From Octopus sinensis (lineage: Eukaryota), in assembly GCF_006345805.1 (NCBI RefSeq), contig NC_043004.1, forward strand, positions 89,900,001 to 89,964,000: DNA of 64,000 bases, given 5' to 3'. The notes below the pieces were generated by a model, which ran no database searches, had not been told where the DNA came from, and saw only the letters and a program-made list of their open reading frames with translations. Below are positions 1 through 11,739 of this stretch, piece by piece (positions within the stretch are counted from its first letter, which is position 1; every line of letters starts with the position of its first letter). The position numbers and the translations under genes are program-made.

Positions 1-756
1 GCAATAAGGCGTATGTCACTGGTGAACTGAAAAATGAAGTCCAAGTATGACTTCGGTGAGTAATTCTCCGACTTGGATTGTAGCGCGAATATGAGCGATT
101 AATGGTTCGTGAATATCGTGAACTCTTTGCCTTCAAGGGGATGGTGGAAGTGTCTCACAGCAAGATAAACAGCTAGCAGTTCTCCATCGAAAGTGCTATA
201 CCGTTACTCGGCTGGTCTCAGCTGGCGTAAGAAACACGCTAGTGGTTGAGTCTGGTGGTTGAATGTCTGTTGCAATACAGCGCCAGTACCAACATTTGAT
301 GCATCAACGGTTAAGGATAGTTCTGCGTTCGCTATAGGATGAGAGGTGAGAAAGGAAACTTAAGCAAGATGAGATTTGACGGATTCAAAAGACTGCAAAG
401 CGTCGGAAGAAAGAGAAACAGGAGAATCTTTCTTTTTCTTGTCCTTCAAAAGCTGAGTGAAGGGAAACAACTTGTTCGCACGGCGAGGAATAAAACGACG
501 ACAGAAGTTGATTAACCCTAGGAACTGACGTAACTGTTTTAAGGAGGTGGGGTGAAAGTTGCTGAATCGCTTCCACCTTCACCGGCAGAGGCTGAATGCC
601 TTCAGATTCTATAAGATGTCCCAGGAACTCCAGTGAAGTTGAACCAAATACACACTCTGCCCGGGTTGACCTTGACATTGTACAACAGGAGACACTGGAA
701 CGACTGAGATAGGTGTTGATGATAATGTTCAGCTGTGTCACTGGCTCGGTTGGTTT

Positions 757-867
757 TGTAGCGGTAGCATTTTAGCCATTTTGAAATGTGGCGCGAATTG
801 GCAAAGACACTACGTCATATTGCCAATTCGTGCCACATTTCAAAATGGCTAAAATGCTACTGCTACA
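757..867. repeat. Fold-back palindrome (about 48-bp arms, 15-nt loop), probable TA-target MITE inserted in Gypsy pol
   Basis: tgtagcggtagcattttagccattttgaaatgtggcgcgaattggcaa ... ttgccaattcgtgccacatttcaaaatggctaaaatgctactgctaca; 2 mismatches between arms. Confidence 0.85.
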
Positions 868-1392
868 GTTTAAACGACAAATCAGTAAGCTCCGGAAAAG
901 AAGCAAGCAATGCGTGGTACGGGTTTCTTGAGGCAAGACGGACTTACAGGAGCGACAGTAGAAATCTTCGTAGGAGTCGATAAGGAGGTGATATCATCAA
1001 GAAGCCGCTGCCTTCTCACACCAACCAATAATGAGTAATGGTGTAGAAAGTCCGCGCCCAATATTGGAAAAGGCAAATCCGCGATGACGAAAATCTATTT
1101 AAAATCTAAGGAAATCTGTCCGTAGGTCCGGATAGTAGAGTGGTTAACAGCATACAGAGAAATATCGGAAGGTTGAGGCCTAGTCGTGGTGAAACATAAG
1201 GGCCAAATACTGACGCTGGCTCCTGTGTCGACCACGAAAAGCTTAGAGGAGTTGACGTCTCTAACAAAAAATGCACGATGAGGAGTAGAACGAAGCAAGG
1301 GGACGGCTGACGGGTTCAGGGTCTCCCGGTCTAGTTTACCTGTGGAGAGTAGAAGCAAGGCTGTCTACATTGACGGTACCTTATTCCCAATA

Positions 1393-1620
1393 GGCGAGCT
1401 GACAGAAAGGTTAGCACGCCGGGCGAAATGCGTAGCCGTATTTCGTCTGCCGTTACGTTCTGAGTTCAAATTCCGCCGAGGTTGACTTTGCCTTTCATCC
1501 TTTCGGGGTCGATTAAATAAGTACCAGTTACGCACTGGGATCGATATAATCGACTTAATCCGTGTGTCTGTCCTTGTTTGTCCTCTCTGTGTTTAGCCCC
1601 TTGTGGGTAGTAAAGAAATA
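1393..1620 (+). mobile_element. tRNA-derived SINE family A inserted in the Gypsy gag/pol junction
   Basis: ggcgagctg...gagttcaaattcc (A/B-box-like head), gcctttcatcctttcggggtcga core; TSD ggtaccttat(t/c)cccaata at 1375-1392 and 1621-1638. Confidence 0.92.
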
Positions 1621-2887
1621 GGTACCTTATCCCCAATACGGCGTGTCAGACGAAGTAATGGCACGCTGGCGAGAAGAAGAACGATGGCTAAAACGATTCC
1701 TGGAAGAAGACGATCAGGAAGAAGAGGAACGCACAGGACACAACCGCAAAACCTGTTGCGCTAAATCGTTAATTGCCCCATCGATCGAAGAAGAACCCCG
1801 GGTATCTGTGGATAAAGTGATAGATACAGTGGTCGAGGAAGACTTGGAGAATTCCAGTATCTTGTCCGGAGACGTAGCTATTTGTTCAAGAGAGTTAACC
1901 CCCACCCCTTCATGGTCGCTAGGATGGACTGGACATTGGGTGGAAGCTGAGAGAAAAATAGTTCCTTCATGATGAATTTTCTTCTGTTGCGCCGTCGGCC
2001 AACTCGCGAATTCTGCGTAAAATTTCTGTTGAGGTTCTATCCCCCAAATGTTCGTCCTCCAAGAGTGTACGAAAGCGACTCTCGGAGGATTTAGAATTCC
2101 TGCGAAGGATCTCTGCTTTTATACTATCGTAGGAAACATCTGGTGGCGTGTCTGTGATTAGGTCTCTGACGATGAGTGCTAAAGGCGAAGGAATCCCACT
2201 CAATACGATGTGCAATCTCTGTTGAGTCGACTGAATGTTTTTGGATACGAAGTATAATTCCAGCTGGGCAAATCACATCTTAGAACAGCCATGATAGTGG
2301 GGCAGAGTGATGTGGCTCATCTTCGGCGGGAAAACAGAAAACGCGTCTAGAAGGAGGAAGAACGAGCTGGACGTGACCAAAAACAAGAAAAGATACGTCG
2401 AAGAAAATTCCACATGTGGGGTCGAGTAAACAGGATAACGTTCTGACATAGCGGTGTCAGGACGAGGATAAAAGAAAACGCAAAGAAACCTAACAAAGGA
2501 AAATATGACACACAGTGAAATATGGAGTTCGCAACAGAGAGGTTCGCGTGAGTCGAACACACAGACACTGCTGTTTAGCAGCTATCGAACACACGAACAC
2601 AGTTCGACGTCGCCAGTAGGAGAAAATTTTGCGTGGTAAAAATGGTAGTAAAAGTGAACATTGGTTGGTCAAAGAAATGCTTCATAGAGAAATTCCACAC
2701 GTCGGGTAGTTCGAATTTGGAGTCGACTCGGGTTATGCATTTCTTCTCGTAAAACCTCTTCGCGCCATGTCTTTTCAGAGAGAATCTTTTCCGCCAAAAG
2801 GTGACGTAGAAATTTTCTCATAACCAAGAGGCATGGCTTTTTTCCTGACCGGAATCACTACTGTAGCGAATTGGTCACTGGTGTAGG

Positions 2888-3300
2888 GGATCTTTTCCTT
2901 TTGAATAGCACATGTCAACACAATTTCTAGTTAACTAAACACCTTTAAACTTCGTATACTGGTAGAATGTGTTTATAAAACATCATTTTTTCTTGGCTTT
3001 ATTGAGAAAATTCTATATGTTGTAACATATTTCCACTTTAATTTCAAGCAATTCGGCAATTTTAACCAATCGCTGACTTCCATTGACGTAAGCAACATTC
3101 CGTGCTGTATGAATATGTCCCTCGTTTAAGAAACAGATTGAGTTTATTTACATTTGCGAAGAAAAAAGATACCCTTCCTCCACCCCTAACCCTAAATCTA
3201 AAATAGATTGAAATGCAATAGATCGATACTAGGGTTATAATTGTGGGTGACAATTTCATACGACACCGCTACGGAAAATGGGATTTTTTTCTAGCAGTGT
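2888..3300. mobile_element. Non-autonomous DNA transposon fragment
   Basis: Terminal ggatcttttccttttga...ctagttaactaaac...aaacttcgtatactggtagaatgtg recurs in reverse orientation at about 23950-24024; internal ccctaaccctaa motif. Confidence 0.55.
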
Positions 3301-4265
3301 CAAATGAAAATGACACTGGAGTTAACCTAGCCGGACAGTCGACACAGAGGTAGATGAATCGCACTTTGATCTTCATATTACAGTTCCCCAAACTACACTG
3401 TGCATAGTGTTTTTTGTGTTGATCTTTGAATGACGAATACAAACAACAATTTATACACAGAGTGAGAGAAAAAAAACTGTTATCTATGACAAAATAGCTG
3501 GTGCATATAGATCTGTGGCTATGCTTTCGCAACTGGAGGAATATTGTGCTAAATTCATGACAGCAAATCTGTTCTTTTCTGCACGGCTGGAGAATGGAAG
3601 CATGGGTATAGAGTTATTAAAACAACTATTCGGCATTCTATATTTGCAAACAGCTGGTTGATGAAAATGAGAATGGAGTTGTCACCGCAACAGCTTCGAC
3701 ATTCTGAAATTAGCACCAAAAATTCGGCGAGTAAAATATAGGCATATTTAACGTGCAAAAACAGCGATTTTCTAAAATATTTTAAAGTGATGTAGGGGAG
3801 ACAACTATTGTGAGATGCTGCCTTAAATACTCAACAAAGCAATTTCACAACTTATCTTACTATTTATTTAGTTATAAGATAAGTGAACGAGGAAGTAATC
3901 GTTTTTAACAGCCAAATTTTCCCCCACAAATCCATAAAAGAGCAAGCATATATTTAGATCGAAATTTTCTGTCAAATTTCCACTATAATCAGAGGATAGT
4001 CGTGGTTAAAACGCGCTCAAATATATTTGAACTGGCCAAAATAATATCTCAAAATTGTCATCACCGGAAACTGAAATTTTAATCACATTTTTTCTCGGAA
4101 TATTTTTTTTATTTATATATAATATTCTGTGCATTTACTACGTCAACCCTTAATTATTCAATAACATCGCTTTTCCCATACTGACTCTTTTACAACCCTA
4201 AGTAAATTCCTGCAACACGACTGATAATCAGAATGCTGTTTCCTCTTACTCTGCCGTAGGTATAA

Positions 4266-4635
4266 GGCGGCGAGCTGGCAGAACCGTTAGCACGCCGGGC
4301 GAAATGCTTAGCGGTATTTTGCCTTTCATCCTTTCGGGGTCGATAAATTAAGTACCAGTTACGCACTGGGGTCGATGTAATCGACTTAATACCTATGTCT
4401 GTCCTTGTTTGTCCCCTCTGTGTTTAGCCCCTTGTGGGTAATAAAGAAATAGGTATTTTGCCTGCCGTTACGTTCTGAGTTCAAATTCCGCCGAGGTGGA
4501 CTTTACCTTTCATCCTTTCGGGGTCGATAAATTAAGTACCAGTTACGCACTGGGGTCGATGTAATCGACTTAATACCTATGTCTGTCTTTGTTTGTCCCC
4601 TATATGTTTAGCCCCTTGTGGGTAATAAAGAAATA
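4266..4635 (+). mobile_element. SINE family A, internally deleted copy followed by a tandem second copy
   Basis: Two repeats of gcctttcatcctttcggggtcgataaattaagtacc...gtgggtaataaagaaata; flanking taggtata duplication. Confidence 0.9.
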
Positions 4636-4956
4636 GGTATAGTGGCTCTAATCCACTACCTGGCTAATCTAGACTCACCGCCACTCAGGCACTTCTAACT
4701 CACTCATTTCTCTGTTCATCATCCGTGTTGTGTCTACAACCCACCCTAAGCTCCCTACTTTACCCATGGTCAGTCTTCCATACTTAAAATGTCAGCTCTC
4801 TAGAATTCTCTCCCCAGCGAATATTTCTCTTGCAGCCTTCAAATGGCATGTTTCAATGTTGCCAGTGCTTTTATCTCTTTGATCTCAAAGAGACTGCCAT
4901 GGCAATGGACCCAGACTCTCTTTCAAACTACACCAATGAAAAAATTAAAATTACAT

Positions 4957-5280
4957 CGACTGGCCTCCGTGCCGGTGGCACGTAACAAACACCATCCGAT
5001 CGTGGCTGTTGCCAGCCTCACCTGGCCTCCGTGCCGGTGGCACGTAAAAAGCACCCTCCGAGCGTGGCCGTTCGCCAGCCTCGTCTGGCGCTTGTGTCGG
5101 TGGCACGTAAAAAGCACCCACTACACTCACGGAGTGGTTGGCGTTAGTAAGGGCATCCAGCTGTAGAAACACTGCCAGATCTGACTGGCCTGGTGCAGCC
5201 TTCGGGCTTCCTAGACCCCGGTCGAACCTTCCAACCCATGCTAGCATGGAAAGCAGACGTTAAACGATGATGATGATGAC
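4957..5280 (+). repeat. Family C dispersed repeat (RTE-LINE 3'UTR-derived, internal about 60-nt tandem units, (GAT)n tail)
   Basis: Repeated gtgccggtggcacgtaaaaagcacc units ending ccaacccatgctagcatggaaagc..acgttaaacgatgatgat; the same sequence follows an RTE ORF2 end at 45720-46250. Confidence 0.85.
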
Positions 5281-5567
5281 ATTACATTACATTAACATAT
5301 AAGCATAGCATATGACAGAATTATTGGAGCACAAAACCATATTTAGTTATGCATCATCACATTCTAAGTTCAAGACCTGTCAACCTTCTAAAGTTTATAA
5401 AACACCAACCAAGTTTATGGCAGATTTAATCTACTCCTCCATACCTCATAATTTGTGGTTATGTGCTAATGTTAGAAATCAATATTCATTATTTCTGTAA
5501 ACTTTCAACGGTGTGTCTGTTAATGCTTGTTTTTGTGTTGAGTTACAACAAAAGCAATTTAATATTA

Positions 5568-6157
5568 CAGTAATCCTTCACCAGAATGCAGTTCACCTAT
5601 CGTGGTTCACCTATCATGGTTTATTATTTAAGCTTATTTCGATTCCTCCATGATGTTGTTTTGTATTTATAATAAAAGAAATGGAGTGGCTGTGTGGTAA
5701 GTAGCTTGTTTACCAACCACATGGTTCTGGGTTCAGTCCCATTGCGTGGCACCTTGGGCAAGTGTCTTCTACTATAGCCCCGGGCCGACTAATGCCTTGT
5801 GCATGGATTTGGTAGACAGAAACTGAAAGAGACCCGTCGTATATGTGTATATATGTATGTGTGTGTGTTTTTGTCCCTCTAGCATTGCTTGACAACCGAT
5901 GCTGGTGTGTTTATGTCCCCCGTCACTTAGCGGTTCGGCAAAAAGAGACCGATAGAATAAGTACTGGGCTTACAAAGAATAAGTCCCGGGGTTGAGTTGC
6001 TCGATTAAAAAAAAAAAAAAAAAGGTGGTGCTCCAGCATGGCTGCAGTAAAAAAACTGAAACAAGTAAAAGAGTACAGTACTGTTTCTACTTTGCAGATT
6101 TTCACCTATCGCAGGGGGTTTTGGAACGTAATACCCGCAATAGTCGAGGGATTACTG
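5568..6157. mobile_element. Tigger/pogo-like MITE containing a nested SINE B
   Basis: TA|CAGTAATCCTTCA...CGAGGGATTACTG|TA: imperfect TIRs with TA duplication at 5566-5567 and 6158-6159. Confidence 0.75.
5682..6073 (+). mobile_element. tRNA-derived SINE family B
   Basis: ggagtggctgtgtggtaag...gggttcagtccc head, gcaccttgggcaagtgtctt core, internal (TA)/(TG) tract, tail ggtgctccagcatggc...ctgaaacaagtaaaagagt. Confidence 0.9.
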
Positions 6158-6221
6158 TAAACTGAAGAAATTACTCATACTCTTTGTAGAGTACATTTTT
6201 ATCATAAACATTTATTATGAA

Positions 6222-6553
6222 CATTATTGAGCACGCAGACACAATGTACATGTTTTCTTATTCACCAGTGGGCTGACTTGAGGCAATGGAAATGACACTC
6301 TCAAACCGCCGGGTATTAGAAGTCATGGTTATAGACAGGCAAGACAACTCACCCCGGATCACATTCAGGAGCAATGGACATTGATGTTTCACCATTTTTG
6401 TAATTTATCAACATTATGTGTCTCGCCTGTCTATGACTGTGACTTTCAGGTATTTTAACACCCAGCACTTCAAGAGCGTCATCTTCATTGCATCAAATCG
6501 CAGCCAACAGGTGAATAAGCAAAGTACATTCTTTGTGTATGTGTTCTATAATG
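6222..6553. mobile_element. Old MITE with about 125-bp degenerate inverted arms; extra right-arm copy at about 7235-7385
   Basis: cttattcaccagtgggctg...gcaatggaaatgacactct...atagacaggcaagaca pairs with tgtctcgcctgtctat...agagcgtcatcttcattgc...cagccaacaggtgaataag. Confidence 0.65.
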
Positions 6554-6564
6554 CCTACAACACT

Positions 6565-7167
6565 TACGCAGCTTTGTCTGTCGTTACGTTCTGAGTTCAA
6601 ATTCCGCCGAGGTCGACTTTGCCTTTCATCCTTTCGGGGTCGATAAATAAAAAGTACCAGTTTCGCACTGGGGTCGATGTAATCGACTTAATCCCTTTGT
6701 CTGTCCTTGTTTGTCCCCCTCTATGTTTAGCCCCTTGTGGGCAGTAAAGAAATATAATTTATATTAGAATTCCTATGTACACATCATTCAGGCACACCAG
6801 CAGATGCTTTTTACACCATTTTATATAAAATCATGGATAGGCGTGGCATCTTGGCAAGTGTCTTCTGCTATAGCCCCAGGCCAACCAATGCCTTGTGATT
6901 GGATTTGGTAGACAGAAACTGAAAGAAGCCTGTCGTATATATGTATATATATATATATGTATGCGTGTGTTTGTCCCCCGTAGCATTGCTTGACAACCGA
7001 TGCTGGTGTGTTTACGTTCCCGTCACTTAGCGGTTCGGCAAAAGAGACCGATAGAATAAGTACTGGGCTTACAAAGAATAAGTCCCGGGGTCGATTTGCT
7101 TGACTAAAGGCGGTGCTCCAGCATGGCCGCAGTCAAATGACTGAAACAAGTAAAAGAGTAAAGAGTA
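6565..7167 (+). mobile_element. 5'-truncated SINE A (about 6565-6753) and 5'-truncated SINE B (about 6845-7167)
   Basis: Direct similarity to the full copies at 11485 and 12147. Confidence 0.88.
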
Positions 7168-7427
7168 GGCTATTCAATTTGCCTCCAGTTCAGTTCAGGT
7201 ACATGATGTTGATAATCCTGAATGGTATTTAGGATAAGTTGTCTTACTTGTCTATGACGATGACTTTCAGGTATATTTTAACACCCAGCACTTTGAGAGG
7301 ATCATTTCCATTGCCTCAGATCTCAGCTGACCAGTAAACAAGCAAAGCACGTAAATTGTGTGTGTGTGTGTGTTGGATAATGTTTCTAACACTTATGTTG
7401 CTTCTAATTTGCTTCAGTTCTTCTGTT

Positions 7428-7638
7428 CTTTTACTCTCAATCATTTGACTGCAGCCCATGCTGGGGCACCACCTTAAAGGGTTTTAGTTGAAGAAATCAA
7501 CTCCAGGACTTATTCTTTTTGTAAGCCTGGTACTTATTCTATTGGTCTCTTTTGCCAAACCTCTAAGTTATGGTGACATAAACACACTAGCATCAGTTGT
7601 CAAACAATGGTGGGGGACAAACAGACAGACAAACACAC

Positions 7639-7690
<52 letters not shown>
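7428..7690 (-). mobile_element. SINE B 3' half ending in (AT)n
   Basis: tcatttgactgcagcccatgctggggcaccacc...ggggacaaacagacagac, then (AT)n. Confidence 0.8.
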
Positions 7691-7691
<1 letters not shown>

Positions 7692-7692
<1 letters not shown>

Positions 7693-7730
7693 TAGCAGCT
7701 AAGCCCGGTTTCACCTGGTCAGTTTGGATG
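7692..7730 (-). mobile_element. Helitron 3' terminus (CTAG plus subterminal hairpin)
   Basis: a|CTAG cagctaagc ccggtttcacctgg; same architecture as 23309 and 49626. Confidence 0.6.
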
Positions 7731-8489
7731 GTGTGGCATAATCTATAACAGCGTTTCTCAACCTTATCATTTCGGGTCCCCTGTTTCGATTGGAGCCTCC
7801 AGCTATAAGAAAATTCCCTGATTCTCTCCCATCCTTACCAAAAAACAGCTTCAGGAGTTGTGAAGAACGAATTTGTACGTAGTCTGTTTCTGAGAGCTAT
7901 TCGATTGGACCTCTGTCTAATCATTAAAACATTGATTTACTTATGAACATAGACAGAAATTATACATTAATCCCTATTTTTGTGAGCAGTTGTATCCGTA
8001 AAAATTTTATTTGCAGAGAGCAGAAATTGAAAGAAGATATATGAAATGGACATGTGTGTGTGTCTGTGTATGTGCGTGCATGCTTGGTTATGCGTGTGTA
8101 TACCTTTCAAGGCTACCCTAGTTGAAAAGAGAGAGATGGGGGGAGAGGGAGAGATGGGGAAGATGTGTCAGATGCACTCTCAAGTTACAAGGATGGGTAT
8201 ATAAGTGAGGCAGTACAGATGATTGGATAGGATGGGTAGGCGAGTTCATGAGAGGCTGAACACAAGTGAGGGAGGGAGTTTAAGAAGATGAGTTGCAGGG
8301 AAGAGAGACCTGTCAGGGATAGATTGTGCACAGGTAAGTTCGCAAGTAAACAAAAGATGAGTGGGAGATAGAAGGAAGGAGAAAGTAGTGAACAGTGAAC
8401 ATAGGAGGGAAGGGTTTAAGGAAGATGTGTTGTTGGGAAGAGGGGCAGAGACATAAGCAATATACCTTTAGGGCCTCATTTTTACTTAG

Positions 8490-9300
8490 ATACATGGATC
8501 TTCCCAAGCACAGCAAGTTACCGATCACCTCGGTCCAACACATTTATACTTTGTTGTACATGCACATTGATATCCAGTAGAGCATGCTAGGTTCATTCCT
8601 TTTGAGCCTTTACATGTCCTCCATATTCACAGTCCACATTTAACTACCATGTAGCATTGCTGTTCATACACAAGCATCATTTACAATTTGTCTTTCACTC
8701 TGAGGGAGAAGCTCTTTGTCACCAACAAAGATAATAGCTCTCTGAAGTTTCCCCAATTTCTGAAATTTCTAGTCACTATGCTTTCAGGGCATCCTCTTCC
8801 GCTGTTAACTAGGTCACTTAGATAACAGAAACTATCCACTACTCAAGGAAACTCCTGGGCATTTGAAGAAATCTTATTTCTTGAGTGTTCTTAGTGTTTA
8901 TTGCTCCAGCACATGTCACAAAGACTACTTTCCCTGTTAATCTTTCTGTAATTCCACTGCATTTCTTATGCGACAATGGCTTGCACTGAGTACACCATAC
9001 AGAATTTCTTCTTACACCTTTTCTGCATATTGACCAGGGCCATTTCCTTGGAAGGATTAGTAATTTGTGTGCCTTTTTGCTTACTAGGACTTTGGTCTAT
9101 GCTATATTAACTCTAATGCCCTTTGAATCCAGGCCACACTTGAATGTTTTTCTCAAATTCTAGTATAAATTCAGCTATAAGGACCAGGTCATCAGCATAT
9201 GTATGCTCCCAAAGGCAACCAGTTTTAAACTATTCTATTATGGCCCAATGGATTATGATAAATAAGAAAGCGCTTTGAACAAAGTCTTGATGGACTAAAT
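8490..9300 (-). pseudogene. Decayed RTE-clade LINE ORF2 (RT and C-terminus)
   Basis: Minus-strand WEHTYADDLVLIAE; homologous to the RTE pieces at 15229-16245 and 31400-33000; many stops. Confidence 0.75.
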
Positions 9301-9618
9301 TTGTTGCTGCTCAATGGCACCAGAAAGGTATGAATGGAGACATAATAAAGTTCTCAAATTCTCTGTAGTGCTGCCAAAAAGTGGATGGAAATTATTACAA
9401 GAAACTGAAGAAGAATGGCATTAGTTCGTCAGGGTCAAGAGGGTTTCATTTTTGTTTTGTTTTCTTTTATGTAATTCTTTAAAAAAAAAGCCTCCCTTTT
9501 TGTTTGTTTGTTTGCATTTAGATTTAAAAAAACAAACTATTCAATTGTCACGGTTCCCGTATCAACGTAACAGAATGTTTATGAAATCAACGAAATTGTC
9601 TTCATTTTCAACAAAACT

Positions 9619-9632
9619 GTTGTCATGGCAAC
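9619..9632. promoter_or_regulatory. RFX X-box motif (GTTGTCATGGCAAC) in a candidate promoter region
   Basis: 13/14 match to the palindromic X-box GTTGCCATGGCAAC, in a unique stretch (about 9400-10700) lacking the window's common repeats and relatively CpG-rich. Confidence 0.55.
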
Positions 9633-10802
9633 CGTAGCAGCAACCAGTTTTGATTTCCGTTTGTGACGACACTGGACTCATTTCATTGCCTAAAAATACT
9701 TCTATCTTGTTTATCATTAATTTTTTGAAAAAGAAAATTTATTGCTACTGCCATACCCGACCCAATATTCGGAGATGAAAAATTGCAAATGATGGGGAAA
9801 CGCGATATTCGTCATCAGCCTGCAAAACTACGCCTGAATGGAAAATTTGATAACAATCCGTTTAGAATCGAAAAAATCTTCAAGAAAACAAAAAAAGGAC
9901 CAGGTGTTTCCATTTTAAAGTTTAACTCTACGACTCTGAATTCTGTAGAAGGTCTGTCTGCAGAGATCAATTTAAAAATCAGATTAAATAAGATAACATT
10001 TAAGGATTGTATTATAAGTAAAGATAATGCAAGACAAATTGTTAAGCAGAATATTTAAAGTATAGATTAAAACAATAAGTCAAAAAAAGGGAAAAGGTGA
10101 GATCTGAAAATGCGTTAGATCCAACGTTAGTAAAATCCTAAAGTACCCCGAATTGGCAAGGTGCTTCGAATAATGAATAAATTGATATCCGGTTGGAAGA
10201 AGGGAAATAACTTTTGAACATTTCGTCATTGAAAACCTATTAAGAAGTCTCTCTGCCAAACAACTGTAAGTACATTTTGAATAATACGGTGTCGTTTTAA
10301 CTTTTTACAGTATACTAACCCTAATGATGACTTCTTATAATTATCGTTAAAAGTCTCTGTCAAACTCGAGCCGATAAAGGAGCACAGAACGTTGACACTG
10401 ATGTGCTAGAAATGGCAGCCAAAAAGTTGTTCAAACAACACCCTGCGGTCTTTGAAAAAGCTGTATACAATAGATTATGTAATCCTAGGTACACTTGTTT
10501 AAATAAAAATAGGATGATAACTTGACGTCTGACCGCCTGTTCAAGAAGAAGGGATGTTACACATTCATATTCTACACATGTATACCTACGTATACACATA
10601 GATATGAATGTGTAACACCGCCGTCTAGAAACTTTAATATAACAATTGAAACATTAATTTTGCTCTGAAAGTTGCTTACCTTGAAAATAACTTATCTGCG
10701 AGAATACGTTTCATACTTATATCATGCCTATGCCTTTTGTTGTCTAATAACCTTACTTATGGTTGCTAAAGTTTGAGGTTATGATGTTCTTATGACCTAC
10801 AC

Positions 10803-11397
10803 CTGAGGGTGTCTTGGCATCACTCAGCAAGACTTTTGTTAGCCGCTCTCCAGCCATCTATTTAAAACTGTATACAGCTATGGTACGACCACACTTGGAA
10901 TTCGCATCATCAGTTTGGAATCCCTATCTTGCTCAGAACATTGACCTCCTGGAATCTGTTCAGAGACGTGCAACCAAACGCATACCCTCCAGACACCTAC
11001 CATACTCTGAGCGCCTGGTTTCCCTGGGCATGGATTCACTGAAGCTCCGGTGTCTGGCGATGGACTTGGTAAACACCCACAAAGTTATCAACCACCTCAC
11101 CAACAACAACACTGAACACCTTTTTGATCTCCATGTGTCTAACACACGTGGACATGCCTACAAAGTCAGAAAACAACACAGCTCCCATGACTTTCGGAAA
11201 CATTTTTTCACGCTCAGAGTTGCTGAAGCATGGAACAAACTGCCTGCGTCAGTTGTTGACTGCCATGACACTGCATCCTTTAAGGCCCTCATGCTTTCCG
11301 AAATCCGCCGAAACTACACCTGATTATACATACACTTTAGATGAATTGTAGTGCACCTGAGCACTGTACACAATGTTTTTTTTTTATTATTTTATTA
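10803..11397 (+). mobile_element. 5'-truncated CR1-clade LINE (ORF2 C-terminus, 3'UTR, (TTA)n tail)
   Basis: LYTAMVRPHLEFASSVWNPY...VQRRATK...NTRGH...RKHFFTLRVAEAWNKLP; tail gtgcacctgagcactgtaca followed by tta repeats. Confidence 0.92.
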
Positions 11398-11484
11398 CAC
11401 TGATTATATATATTAGGTATTAAATTTGCGTTAATTTCCGAGTGGAAATACTGAATGGCTTGAATTCAGCGGTTAGTTGTTCAA

Positions 11485-11715
11485 GGCGGCGAGCTGGCAG
11501 AAATGTTAGCACGTCGGGCGAAATGCTTAGCGGTATTTCGTCTGCCGTTACGTTCTGAGTTCAAATTCCGCCGAGGTCGACTTTGCCTTTCATCCTTTCG
11601 GGGTCGATTAAATAAGTACCAGTTACGGACTGCGGTCGATGTAATCGACTTAATCCGTGTGTCTGTCCTTGTTTGTACCCTCTGTGTTTAGCCCCTTGTG
11701 GGTAGTAAAGAAATA
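11485..11715 (+). mobile_element. Full-length SINE family A
   Basis: TSD ggttagttgtt(c/t)aa at 11471-11484 and 11716-11729. Confidence 0.93.
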
Positions 11716-11739
11716 GGTTAGTTGTTTAATATAGTTGAG

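Larger units (their letters stand above)
1..2860 (-). mobile_element. Decayed Ty3/Gypsy LTR retrotransposon (gag, protease, partial RT/RNase H; runs off the window start)
   Basis: Minus-strand gag-like FAQLELYF...YDSIKAEILRR...LLEDEHLGDRTSTEILRRIREL (about 1967-2330); aspartic protease FVVDTGASVS (1095-1358) and PILGADFLHHY; RT C-terminus CVFGSTSLEFLGHLIESEGIQPLPVKVEAI (385-741); RNase H-type LTVDASNVG near 300. Stops and frameshifts throughout. 5' leader/LTR boundary approximate. Confidence 0.9.

Noticed and set aside
1643-1972. 109-aa acidic plus-strand ORF
   Set aside because: Antisense shadow of Gypsy gag.
3184-3196. Telomeric-like ccctaaccctaa
   Set aside because: Only two units, inside a transposon-like repeat.
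3269-3758. Possible host exons in unique sequence (ORFs 3269-3532, 3555-3758)
   Set aside because: No recognisable homology or consistent splice pattern by eye.
4957-5120. CRISPR-like regularly spaced repeats in family C
   Set aside because: Spacers are homologous to each other, no cas genes, eukaryotic LINE 3'UTR context.
9783-10058. 91-aa lysine-rich ORF
   Set aside because: Non-ATG start call, composition explained by A-rich sequence, no recognisable family.
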